DNA of 64,000 bases from Spirochaetales bacterium (GCA_016937215.1 JAFGWI010000033.1:16266-80265), one strand, 5' to 3'. Shown: positions 1 through 9,680, counted from the stretch's first letter. Translations and numbers: made by a program. Notes: generated by a model not told the origin, from the sequence alone.

Positions 1-37
1 AGATAGCAAGTGCAAATGTTTTCTTAATTAAATAAAT

Positions 38-334
38 TGTACTAGTTTAACTAAATGGGGGCCTTTGTTTTAAACACGCATTAGGGATAGAAGGCATGAC
101 TGGCTTGCTATTTTTTAAGAAATAGCAAGCCAAAGCGTTTTCTGCCGAATAATTTCCGATAGAAAACCTTCATAGTAACAGCGAAGTTAGGATTCAGACT
201 TATAGTGAATGCCAATGAGCATCCACCCCATCGAGCAATAAATGCGGAGCATTTATGACCAGAGGCTGGATAAACCGGCCTGCCATGCCTCTGGGTAGCA
301 AGTAAGGCCTGGAGTATTCTGCTTAACAAATACA
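38..334 (-). repeat. Structured repeat family A (Flavo-1-like), copy R1, with flanking inverted repeats
   Basis: Minus-strand core 77-310 ends TTCTATCCCTAATGCG and has hairpins GTTTTCTATCGGA-AATTA-TTCGGCAGAAAAC and TGGCTTGCTATTT..AAATAGCAAGCCA. Flanks are TGTACTAGTTTAAC (38-51) and GCTTAACAAATACA (321-334). Confidence 0.75.
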
Positions 335-343
335 ATAATTTAC

Positions 344-474
344 TAGAACTAATTTTAACAGTATTGACATTAGCAATTAGTACGCAACGCTATATTATTA
401 ACCTATTTTGTGCTAATAAGAATGTGCATACGCAATTTTCATTATCCTTACCAAACCGCAGTTCTGGATAAGCC
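344..474. repeat. Repeat family B, degenerate copy
   Basis: Starts TAGAACTAATTTTAACAGTATTGACATTAG and ends CTTACCAAACCGCAGTTCTGGATAAGCC, matching the ends of the copies at 3465 and 3641. Confidence 0.5.
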
Positions 475-575
475 AAATTAACACAAACTTGTAAAGATAA
501 TCATATAAAATTCAGGTTTTGTAACCACCCATTGTTAAATATTTTTTGTTCAAAAAATATTTAACAGAATAGAGA

Positions 576-1907
576 TTAATCAACCACAGAATCATAGGCT
601 TCCGTAAAATCACAGACCCATTGGTACAATTCTTTAGAATTACGTCGCTCGATTACCAATTCATCTTTGGGTTTTTTAGCAAACTTCTCTTTCAAACTCT
701 TAAAAACCAAGGATAATATTGTGGGAATTGTCATAAAAATAATTTTCAGATCGAAAAACGGACTCATGCGACGTCCATAGGTAATATCCAATCGTATCAT
801 CTGTTTAAAAGTCAAATCATTTTTCCCACTAACTTGCCACAATCCGGTTAAACCAGGCACATAGTCAAAACGCCCCTGATGCCAGCGCAAATACTCCTTT
901 GCTTCATATGGTATACATGGCCGCGGCCCTACCAGGCTCATATGACCAAAAAATATGTTCAAAAGTTGTGGTAATTCATCAATACATGTTTTTCTTAATA
1001 TATTTCCACCAGGAATAATTCGTTTATCATTTTTATCATCCAGTTTCGTAATCTTGCTACCAGAAGCAATGACATTCTTCATCAAGTTCATATGTTCGTT
1101 TTCATCATTATTAACCTTCATGGTACGGAATTTATATAAGGTGAATATTTTACCCTTATGACCGACTCTCTTCTGAGTGAAAAAAACAGGACCGGGTGAC
1201 ACAATTTTTATATAAATCCCCACAAGCAATAGAAGAGGCAAACTGATTAAAATACTAAAACCCGACACCACAATATCCATAGTTCTTTTCCATAAAGGCA
1301 TTTTTTTAGAGATAATCGACTTAAATTGGTCGGAACTTTGTAGAATATTATTTCCATAGTCAATTGATGAGGCATTTTTATCATTCAATAGAGTACCGAG
1401 GTTCATAACAGTAAGGTTTTCATCAGGCTTTCCCCTTTTACTATCTTTCTGATCATCAAAATCCGATTTCTGAATCCAATGATCAGGATAAATGAAGACA
1501 GTAAAGGGAGGAGGCGCTTGAGAAACAAATATTTCCGCGCTGACGTCAACAGCAAGATGCCAAGCTCCTCTTAATGAAGAACCATGCAGGATGACACCGA
1601 TTATATTTTTATCAAACCATCCGATTATATCCACTTTTCGAATACGATCATATAAATGATGTATGAATTTTTTCAAAATCTTTTTATGCTTAATGTTTTG
1701 CAATTCAAACAAAACCAAAGCAAATTGAGATTCATTTCTATCAGAACGAGCACGCTCTATTTTAAGATTGTAGTGGAAATGCGCAGTATCGAGTATCCCA
1801 ATATTGTTCTGGCTAATCTGGGATATTAACTTGATTCTTTCTTTAATACTTGGCATATTCATCCCCTTTAATAAATAATCTAATTTTTTATTCAAAATAT
1901 CAGTCAT
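576..1907 (-). CDS. Priming sugar transferase (Bac_transf, WcaJ/WbaP-like C-terminus) with an N-terminal degenerate GGDEF-like domain
   Basis: C-terminal motifs KRTMDI, KFRTM, DELPQLLN, MSLVGPRP and PGLTGLWQV. N-terminus has ERARSDR...RKVDIIGWFDKN. Confidence 0.9.
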   Translation of the reverse strand: MTDILNKKLDYLLKGMNMPSIKERIKLISQISQNNIGILDTAHFHYNLKIERARSDRNESQFALVLFELQNIKHKKILKKFIHHLYDRIRKVDIIGWFDKNIIGVILHGSSLRGAWHLAVDVSAEIFVSQAPPPFTVFIYPDHWIQKSDFDDQKDSKRGKPDENLTVMNLGTLLNDKNASSIDYGNNILQSSDQFKSIISKKMPLWKRTMDIVVSGFSILISLPLLLLVGIYIKIVSPGPVFFTQKRVGHKGKIFTLYKFRTMKVNNDENEHMNLMKNVIASGSKITKLDDKNDKRIIPGGNILRKTCIDELPQLLNIFFGHMSLVGPRPCIPYEAKEYLRWHQGRFDYVPGLTGLWQVSGKNDLTFKQMIRLDITYGRRMSPFFDLKIIFMTIPTILSLVFKSLKEKFAKKPKDELVIERRNSKELYQWVCDFTEAYDSVVD

Positions 1908-2016
1908 TTTTATTTTTTATAAATCTGAATCCATTTTAAGAATTTTATATAGAGAATAGTACCACTTCAAAATAGAAATAACCATAATACGAAAGTATGA
2001 TTTTGCTGTTATCCAT

Positions 2017-2281
2017 ATGTATTTGTTTAGCAATGGCTTATTTGGGCGTTTCCCCATTCCGCTTTTTTATGAGCGGTTTATCATTTGAGTACAAAGGAAC
2101 AAACCCTGCCTGGCTTCATGGGGTCGGGCTTTTCGCTTCAACTCCTCGCAGAACCTGTATCCGCTGCTGTAATTGTCCAAAGAAATGGCAAATGATTAAA
2201 ATACAACGGTCTGCTGCGGGGTTTTCGCTGCAATCCCTAACGCGGTAAAAGCTGAAAAATGAATTAGCTAAACAAATACAT
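2017..2281 (+). repeat. Structured repeat family A, copy R2, with a perfect 15 bp terminal inverted repeat
   Basis: Core 2044-2244 reads GGGCGTTTCCCC...GGGGTCGGGCTTTTCGCT...GCAATCCCTAACGCG. Flanks are ATGTATTTGTTTAGC (2017-2031) and GCTAAACAAATACAT (2267-2281). Confidence 0.85.
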
Positions 2282-2707
2282 CCATATTATCATTGTCTTG
2301 ATTTTACGTAATATCATAGTTTAATCATGCAAAATCATTAGATCGAAAGCCCTTATACAAATATTATAGCCAACCTTAATGAATAAAAAAACAAAGCCTT
2401 TTTCTTTATCTTTTGGAAAAGTAAAAATATAGCTTCCTTTAAAATAAATGTCTAAAACCTCAAAGAAATTGAACTAATCCCATAAAACAAAGAAACATCT
2501 CGCATTCAGCAATGAATTAAGGTAATATTAATATTATTTAGACTTAAAGAATTGTGATTTTAGTACAAAAAGCAGAATAATTGCAGCTCGTTAAAAAAAA
2601 TATATAGGGTGCCTCAGCCCCACAAAATGCGAATTATGTGTTGATGTGAATAATAGAAAACACTCATTTCTGAATTTATAGTTTTATAATAAATAGACAA
2701 TCAGATT

Positions 2708-3406
2708 TCAAAGGTATTTAACTGCCCACAGGGCTGCTTGAAGACGATTTTTGACCTTGATTTTTTTATAAATGTTATACAAATGTGTTTTAACAGTATT
2801 AGGTGTAATAAACATTTTGTCGGCTATTTCCTCATTATTCACACCAAGTGAAATCATTTGCAAAATTTCAATTTCCCGTTCAGTAAGATTGGTTTGCTTT
2901 TGAATATAGAATATTTTTTGCTTAAAGCCGTTAAAGGCACATTTTAATAAAATATCTCTAGCAACCCAAAATTCCCCCTTTATCACTGTTTGGACACCAC
3001 GTAGAAACAAATTTAACTTATCGTCGGTATAAAAAAACCCCTTAATTTTTTTTCCTAAAGCTTTGTGCTCCAAACCTGATCCGATATGTAAATTAAACAA
3101 TGCCAAAATAAATGAATCATCATCTGGAGTATTTGTTGAGATAAATTTAATGACATATTCAAAACTGGCATCTCTATTATTGATTAAAAAGAGCTTTTTT
3201 TTATAGTTTTTAACTAAATCATAGTTTAAATTGCCAATATCCTGTAATAAATCACATTGACAATTAAATTCCTTTGAAACCACATATTGAATCAATTCAT
3301 TTTTTAGATTTGGCGAGCCTAAGACAAATGATATTAGCTCCTTTTGCCCCATGCCCTCTTTGGTATTCAAAATCGACTTGGAATTACCGAGCTTAAAATC
3401 TGACAA
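2708..3406 (-). CDS. LuxR-family regulator, CsgD/VpsT-like (atypical receiver plus LuxR HTH)
   Basis: C-terminal LTEREIEIL...NEEIADKMFITPNTVKTHLYNIYKKI...NRLQA. GEFWVAR lies at the position of the VpsT W-x-x-R motif. Start codon uncertain. Confidence 0.88.
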   Translation of the reverse strand: MSDFKLGNSKSILNTKEGMGQKELISFVLGSPNLKNELIQYVVSKEFNCQCDLLQDIGNLNYDLVKNYKKKLFLINNRDASFEYVIKFISTNTPDDDSFILALFNLHIGSGLEHKALGKKIKGFFYTDDKLNLFLRGVQTVIKGEFWVARDILLKCAFNGFKQKIFYIQKQTNLTEREIEILQMISLGVNNEEIADKMFITPNTVKTHLYNIYKKIKVKNRLQAALWAVKYL

Positions 3407-3464
3407 AAAATACCCCTTTTTCGTTCAATATAAAATCATTATCGTAAAAAAATGTTGAAAATAT

Positions 3465-3571
3465 TAGAGCTAATTGCAATAGTCCTGACATAGTCATTAG
3501 CGGGCAATTGCAAATGGATAACTTGTCCGCAATCTTCATGATTCTTGCCAAACCTCAGCATTGCAAGAGCC
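3465..3571. repeat. Repeat family B copy
   Basis: AGAGCTAATTGCAATAGTCCTGACA ... CTTGCCAAAC-CTCA-GCATTGCAAGAGCC. Confidence 0.65.
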
Positions 3572-3640
3572 TTATTAATAAATAAGAATTAATTATAGGC
3601 AAACAAAATTAGTTTAGCAAGAAAAATAATGCTTCAGAAC

Positions 3641-3763
3641 AAAGCTAATCGCAAAAGTCCTGACATTAACAAATAGCCTCAAAGATATAACTATTTATCC
3701 AGTAAAAAAATAATTTATCCGAAATCCTTAAAACTTTTACAAAACCTCAGTTTTGTAAAAGCC
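3641..3763. repeat. Repeat family B copy
   Basis: AAAGCTAATCGCAAAAGTCCTGACA ... CTTTTACAAAAC-CTCA-GTTTTGTAAAAGCC, a perfect 12 bp stem. Confidence 0.65.
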
Positions 3764-3957
3764 TCTTAACTCTAAATAATATAACAAATTCCCTAAATTC
3801 ACTGCAAAATATGGGCAAGATTGTTTAAAAACAATATAAATTATATCAATCTATGGTTCTAATACCCCCCACAAAAAAGCACAATTAACTTAGCTTTAAA
3901 TCTCAGATTACTTATTAATTCAAAAAGCAATCTTAATTTTATTCCATCATTCAATTA

Positions 3958-5448
3958 TCAATCAGTAGAATTTCCAAACAAATTAACAAAAGCAATTACA
4001 GTTGTAATCATGGCTAAAATAGAAGTTATGACAGGCGCATATTCACCAAAACTGAAAGAAAAAGAATTTTTCAATACGATAATAGTATCACCTGCTTCAA
4101 TCACATCTTCAGGGCTTTTATTTTTTCCATCCTTACCTCGCACTACAAATTGAAAATTAGTATTCAATTCTGTATCAATTCCTCCTGCTTGAATAATATA
4201 ATACATGGCCGTTTTTCCCCGGACATAGGAAAACACACCTTCAGAATAAACAGCGCCAATAACATTAACCCTAAATTCAATTTCAGGAATGACAATTATG
4301 TCAAATGGGTGTAACAACCGGTCTTTTTCACTGCTATATTGAAACAATAAAGAAGCACAATCAACATAATGGAGCTCTGTTGAATTTTCCTCGATTATGT
4401 AAACCGATTTCAGATCTGCATAGGTGGATATTCTAGAAATATTATTCTGAAGCACATCATATAAAGTAATACCAGGATTAAATGAATAGGATATCCTATT
4501 TACTTGATTTTGAAGAGTATTTAATTCATCAATTTCATCTGTTTGCTGAGAAGAAATGGCTCCTTCAATATATACAACCTTTTGAATACGCGAAACAGAA
4601 AAAAGCTCAATAATATCACCATTTTTTGGAATATAATTTGCGAAATCGGATTTGTTTTCACTATCCAAATAAGTAATATTATAATCATCCAGAGTATTAT
4701 GAGTAATTTTGATACGCTTCAAATTAGCATCTTCAGTAAAACCTCTTCCATAATAATTAATTACTTTAATCAAAGAATCATCAGATAAAATTTGATATTC
4801 ACCTGGCCTGTGAACCTGCCCCACTAATCGAATATTTTTTACACTCTTATCAACATGTATGATATCACCTGGTTTCAACAAAGGATCTTGATCCAAATCC
4901 CCTTCAAATATTGATTTGTACAAATCAAATTGCTCGATCTCACCAGAGGAGTGATGAATCTGAATGTTTCTTATTGAGGAATAGGATTGAAGCAGTCCAC
5001 TAATTGCTTGGCTCAATCGGGTTAACCCCCACACTGTAATACGTTGAGACATATCAAGCTCACCTACAATAAAAACCTGAAAAATTCCTACCGACTCAAT
5101 GGATACAAAAGGAATGCTACCCGGATAAGCATCAATAACTTTAGCTTCAATTTCTTTCTTTAATTCAGGAAAACTTTTATTATAGCCGTTAATATGGCCA
5201 AAAACATTCAATTCAACATTATAGTCGCTTTCCACAACAATCTCGTAAGTAGCTAATGTTCCAGCAGATAAATAAGATAATTGATAAACATCACCTGGTG
5301 TTACTGGGTATTCAATGGTTGATATGGCTAATTGTAGCCGGTCATGCTCCAATGCATACCTGTCATTACCAAGGAAAACAGGCAATTCTTGGGAAAAAAC
5401 CGTAAAAAGCAAATTTATAAAAAACAATAAAAAAATGAATTTCTTCAT
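3958..5448 (-). CDS. Polysaccharide export protein (Wza/KpsD-like, SLBB repeats)
   Basis: Signal peptide, YPVTPGD, and repeated SLBB motifs (VGQVHRPGEY, VIGAVYSEG, AGG...GDTIIV). Adjacent to a Wzz-like gene. Confidence 0.85.
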   Translation of the reverse strand: MKKFIFLLFFINLLFTVFSQELPVFLGNDRYALEHDRLQLAISTIEYPVTPGDVYQLSYLSAGTLATYEIVVESDYNVELNVFGHINGYNKSFPELKKEIEAKVIDAYPGSIPFVSIESVGIFQVFIVGELDMSQRITVWGLTRLSQAISGLLQSYSSIRNIQIHHSSGEIEQFDLYKSIFEGDLDQDPLLKPGDIIHVDKSVKNIRLVGQVHRPGEYQILSDDSLIKVINYYGRGFTEDANLKRIKITHNTLDDYNITYLDSENKSDFANYIPKNGDIIELFSVSRIQKVVYIEGAISSQQTDEIDELNTLQNQVNRISYSFNPGITLYDVLQNNISRISTYADLKSVYIIEENSTELHYVDCASLLFQYSSEKDRLLHPFDIIVIPEIEFRVNVIGAVYSEGVFSYVRGKTAMYYIIQAGGIDTELNTNFQFVVRGKDGKNKSPEDVIEAGDTIIVLKNSFSFSFGEYAPVITSILAMITTVIAFVNLFGNSTD

Positions 5449-5451
5449 AAA

Positions 5452-6660
5452 CTAAAATTCCTTCTTTCTCTTTATCCTGTCTACAAGATTACGAATGTAA
5501 TAACTGATCAGCACAATCAACGAAGACAGCACAAAAACAATCGCAATACCCGCAACAATGATCAGCGAACGTGAAGGGGCGTCCCGTTCATCTGGGGTTT
5601 CAGCCCATTCTATGATATTAAAAACGTTTTCAGATTCTACAGACAGTTTTACAAGCTCATATTGCTCTGAAAGATGTTGATAAATAGCTCTCTGAATATC
5701 AAGATTCAAGTTCATTCGGTTGAATTCCAAGGCCAAATCAGGAAGTTGATTCATGGAAGGAATTTTATCTCCTAATGAAGAACCTGATTCAATCTCGCGT
5801 ATGGATGTAATCAGATTATCTCTTTCGCTTTTCAGACGGCGCAAATTGGGATCTTCGATTTTTGAAAACTCTTCGTAATTTTTAATTTGCAACTCAATAA
5901 TTATCAGATTGGATCTTAATTCCGACAACATACCCGTCTGAAAACTTGCCAGATCCTGAATCGAAAAAACACCGTAGGTTTTCTGAAAATTTTTAATCTG
6001 CACTTCATATTCAGCAATTTTGGGAAATACCTCTGTTAGTTTCTTCTCCAACAAATTTTTATATTTTTGCCTTTGTGATAATCCATATTCAGAAAACCAA
6101 GTGTCCAGTTCCTCAACAACAATATTCGCCATGACCTTTGATCTTTCTGGCTGGATATCAAGAAAACTGATTATCAGTGTTCTAAAATTGGGATCGTAGG
6201 ACACTTCAATTTTTGAAGATAAGAATTGACGAAGATCTGTTTGAGAAGCTTTGGGGTCCAGGTTGTTTTCAAAGGATTCCTTGAAAATATCCTTTTTTAT
6301 AATTCTATCCAAAAACCCTCTTGTTCTAATTATTCCGAGAGCTGTAACACCAAAATCAACCGCTGTATCATCATTTGTAAAAGGTTGTTCGGCGCCAATC
6401 GCTGAATAAACGCTTGACTGAGATTCATTTCCTGAAATCAGTATCAAACAATTGGCACGATAGATATTAGGCAAAGGGCTTTGTTCTGGTGGTAACTGCA
6501 TGGATATATACATAAAAACCGATAGCAAAACCCCGACAACAACAGTCGGGATAATAATAAACCATTTTTTAGTGAATAAAATATTTAAAAAATACAAAAG
6601 GCCTTCGATTAAGCCTCTTTCATTACTAGTTTCGTTAAGATTTTGATCACTCATAGGCAA
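5452..6660 (-). CDS. Polysaccharide chain-length determinant (Wzz/GumC-like)
   Basis: Two terminal TM helices around a coiled-coil periplasmic region, with AETPDERDAPSR before the last TM. Confidence 0.85.
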   Translation of the reverse strand: MPMSDQNLNETSNERGLIEGLLYFLNILFTKKWFIIIPTVVVGVLLSVFMYISMQLPPEQSPLPNIYRANCLILISGNESQSSVYSAIGAEQPFTNDDTAVDFGVTALGIIRTRGFLDRIIKKDIFKESFENNLDPKASQTDLRQFLSSKIEVSYDPNFRTLIISFLDIQPERSKVMANIVVEELDTWFSEYGLSQRQKYKNLLEKKLTEVFPKIAEYEVQIKNFQKTYGVFSIQDLASFQTGMLSELRSNLIIIELQIKNYEEFSKIEDPNLRRLKSERDNLITSIREIESGSSLGDKIPSMNQLPDLALEFNRMNLNLDIQRAIYQHLSEQYELVKLSVESENVFNIIEWAETPDERDAPSRSLIIVAGIAIVFVLSSLIVLISYYIRNLVDRIKRKKEF

Positions 6661-6804
6661 AAGCTTATCCTAATTATGTAGAAAAGTAAAGTATGGTATC
6701 ATCAGGGTCTTTAAATCTCAATCTGAATTTTCATAATCAGCGGCTTGTAATTGGTTCCAGACAACAACTTGACACAAGCCATCACAGTTGTTATTTAATT
6801 AAAC

Positions 6805-7329
6805 ATGATAAGCATTCAAGACCTTACAATCTGGCTGACAAGCTTCCACATCCCCATTCTAGTCGCCCTGATTCTGATACCTATAGCAGCGTTTTTAAAC
6901 GGGCAGGTCTTCATTAAAGGGCTTAAAAAAAACAAAGGGGGTGCTGTTATTTATTCCATTCTCACTTATCTCACAGTTATTCCCGGAATTTGCGCCAGTA
7001 TTACCATAGCTTATTTGCTGTTTTTTACTCGCGTCAATCTTGTACAGCAACTGGATGTGATTATCCACATCGGCCCGGTTTTGTCCATGATCGCGACTCT
7101 AACCATCACAGGGCATTTCATGGATTTTGCCATTATCCCCGGATTTCACCGTTTAAGCGGATTAATGCTGGTTACTGGCGCCAGTTTTGTTTTTGTGCTC
7201 ATTTTGCACCGCATGCGTATTCTCATCGGTTTTTTTGCCGGCGCCGAGGTTTTGGCCATCATATTTATTGTTGTTTTTTTGCTCTTCAAATTCGGCTGGG
7301 AAAATTTGATCGGCAAAAAAAGGAAATAA
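6805..7329 (+). CDS. Hypothetical integral membrane protein
   Basis: 174 aa with about 5 hydrophobic segments. TTGACA lies upstream at ~6768. Confidence 0.75.
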   Translation: MISIQDLTIWLTSFHIPILVALILIPIAAFLNGQVFIKGLKKNKGGAVIYSILTYLTVIPGICASITIAYLLFFTRVNLVQQLDVIIHIGPVLSMIATLTITGHFMDFAIIPGFHRLSGLMLVTGASFVFVLILHRMRILIGFFAGAEVLAIIFIVVFLLFKFGWENLIGKKRK

Positions 7330-7357
7330 ACAAAAGCTCCCTGTACAAAACAGACGA

Positions 7358-7430
7358 AGGGGGTGGCGGAAGCTGCGCTGGAGCCAGGGGGGAGACGCTC
7401 CGGACTTCCTGAAGTCCAGGATCCCCCCTC
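7358..7430. repeat. Repeat family D (G/C-run REP-like), copy 1
   Basis: AGGGGGTGGCGGAA..TGGAGCCAGGGGGGAGAC[hairpin]TCCCCCC shares a scaffold with 31001-31100. Confidence 0.6.
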
Positions 7431-7481
7431 ATATGGAAATATCACTGCATTAAAGTAAAACCTATAAAGCCTATGTAAAAA

Positions 7482-9680
7482 CTAAAGGCCGGCTGAGGCC
7501 CCAAAGGCTTTTATACGCTTTTCATAGGATTCCAGAAGCTTCCATTCGATGATCGGTATATGCTCGAGCACGGAACCGGGAATCTGATAAACCTTGGTGG
7601 TCTCAATAACCCGGGCGCGAAAAATATGGGCAGATTTCAGCAAAATATTCTCTTCGCCGAAAAAACTGCCTCGGCTGATTTTTTCAAAAGCCTGGTCCTC
7701 AAAGACAATTTCCACCTGTCCACGCTTGATCAGATAAAGCTTGGGGTCATTGGGATCCAGCTCTTCGCCGGCTTCGTAGACACGAGTATCCATAAGCAGG
7801 GCAATTTTATTGAGGATTCTGCTTGAAATCAATTCTCCGAAAAGCCAGGTTCCCTCAAGAAACCAGATGTTTTTATGAAATTTCACAATATCCTGAAAAT
7901 TGTAATTGCGATTGATAAAGCGGACATAAAGCTCTGCCGGGATTTTAAGGACTTTCACGTAACTCTTGGCCCTATAGGTAATTTCGGAAGCTGTTTCCGT
8001 TAATCCTGAATATTCGCCAAGCATGGAACCGGCTGAGAGAACATGATTGATATGGTTTTCCGCGTCGATCAGCTCCACAACCCCGTTCAAAAGCAAATAG
8101 ATATGTTTATTCTGCTCGCTTTTCCGGATAATGTTCATACCCACGTTAAAATCCAGGCATTCGCAATTGAGCAGCATGGCAAGATCATGACTCGGGGCTT
8201 TTGGAAAAAAACTCCGCAAAAATCGGGAGGCCGATTGCATGGAATAATCCTGATGTGCCGGAATCAGGATATCGATGGCGCCGAAAGTGGCGTTTGAACC
8301 GATCTCCTTTTCCTTGGGGGACAATTCCCTGTCAATGTGAGCCAGAATAATCTTCGGCGATTTGTCTTCAATAAAATCCAGAGCAGAGCCGTGAATCATG
8401 CCCCCTCCGGAATCGATTTTCTTGAGATTCACAAAGGCATTATAAATATCCCGGGTGCGGTAGAAAACCCGCGGATGCACTCCTTTAGGATTCTCCTTGG
8501 AGCGCACCATTTTTTTTAAGCCATCCAATGAAATAATGTCCGCCAGGTGACCATATTTTTTATAGCCCCCTTCCCAGAAGGTTCGAAAGAAAAAGGCATT
8601 GTTTTCCACCGGATGGGGTGTAAAAACAGGCATAACCTCGAGCCCTTCAATATTGTTCCATTTGTTAAACTCCAGATCACAGACTTCAAAGTATTTGCTG
8701 AAACTGGATTCAGGAAAACCCATGAGGGCTGATAATTTTTTGGTTACGCTTGAACGCACCAAAGGAGTAGCATAATACTTTATCATGTGGTCGGAACGCA
8801 CCAGGGTTGTTAAGCCGGCAAAATGGTCATCATGAGCATGGGTATGAAAAACACCCTCTATTTCGTTGATACTGATGCCAAGGGCAACCAAAGTGGCAGT
8901 AATATTAGGTCCTGTATCAATCAAATAAATCTTGCCTTGAAACACCAGGATGCTGGCCATACAGGGGTTATTAATGTCCCAACCATTTCCTTCTCCCGTA
9001 TGAATCACAGAAAAATATTCACGCTTGATACGGTGGAAATCGAGGCGCACCGCAGGCTTGTATTCTTCGCTGGGTTCCAGGTTCATATCCACATCAATGA
9101 TCTTGCCGGCGCAATTAAAGCGGTATTTATTCAGACCCAATCGTTCAAGTTTAACTCCGTTGCGAAGCTCCACAGGGTCGGTTTCGATCACGCGAAAATC
9201 GAGAAGCTCTTCGGTTTTTTTAATTTTACCAAAGGCAAAGGCCCGCTTGAGCTTCAGAATATCCCTGGCCATTTCCTGGGTCACCCCGGTTGCCAGAAGC
9301 TCCTTTTCCGAAAGCAGCCCATAGGTCCCGCGGTAAATATACTGACTCTGAGCCATTACCTGATTGGGAATTCCTGCCAGAATGGGTTTTACCCCCCGGT
9401 TATTGGGGTGCCCGGGAATCAACATTCCCTGGCGGTAAAACATCTGTAGCACAGGGAATTCAGCCAAATTCGAAAAACTGCCGTTTTGGACCGATACATC
9501 AGAAAGCAGAATCGCGTTAGGACCAGTTTCATAGGTGTAGCCATCGGTTTCCCGGGCCACAATCAAACCCCTCAGCATCAAATGCTTCACCACATCAGCC
9601 GGACAACCGCAAAGCACAAAAAGCCCGGCTTCGGGCATAGAGAGATAATACACACCATTGGTTACCTTAATTTTTTCCAT
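7482..9680 (-). CDS. Metallo-beta-lactamase-fold protein with two C-terminal cNMP-binding domains
   Basis: Motifs LIDTG, HTHAHDDH and HPVE, then LLLNGVVE..GSMLGE and LIKRGQVE..GSFFGE (cNMP). Confidence 0.85.
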   Translation of the reverse strand: MEKIKVTNGVYYLSMPEAGLFVLCGCPADVVKHLMLRGLIVARETDGYTYETGPNAILLSDVSVQNGSFSNLAEFPVLQMFYRQGMLIPGHPNNRGVKPILAGIPNQVMAQSQYIYRGTYGLLSEKELLATGVTQEMARDILKLKRAFAFGKIKKTEELLDFRVIETDPVELRNGVKLERLGLNKYRFNCAGKIIDVDMNLEPSEEYKPAVRLDFHRIKREYFSVIHTGEGNGWDINNPCMASILVFQGKIYLIDTGPNITATLVALGISINEIEGVFHTHAHDDHFAGLTTLVRSDHMIKYYATPLVRSSVTKKLSALMGFPESSFSKYFEVCDLEFNKWNNIEGLEVMPVFTPHPVENNAFFFRTFWEGGYKKYGHLADIISLDGLKKMVRSKENPKGVHPRVFYRTRDIYNAFVNLKKIDSGGGMIHGSALDFIEDKSPKIILAHIDRELSPKEKEIGSNATFGAIDILIPAHQDYSMQSASRFLRSFFPKAPSHDLAMLLNCECLDFNVGMNIIRKSEQNKHIYLLLNGVVELIDAENHINHVLSAGSMLGEYSGLTETASEITYRAKSYVKVLKIPAELYVRFINRNYNFQDIVKFHKNIWFLEGTWLFGELISSRILNKIALLMDTRVYEAGEELDPNDPKLYLIKRGQVEIVFEDQAFEKISRGSFFGEENILLKSAHIFRARVIETTKVYQIPGSVLEHIPIIEWKLLESYEKRIKAFGASAGL

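Noticed and set aside
108-335. Short ORFs overlapping family A repeats (108-335, 1997-2248, 9945-10208, 19527-19763, 37585-37779, 51488-51749)
   Set aside because: They are translations of the repeat element, with no RBS or domain motifs.
1908-3957. c-di-GMP riboswitch in the EPS intergenic regions
   Set aside because: I found no GEMM-type two-hairpin consensus with a GNRA loop and receptor.
8823-9449. Long antisense ORFs within the MBL-cNMP, Wadjet and xylanase genes
   Set aside because: They are fully overlapped by well-supported opposite-strand genes and carry no motifs.
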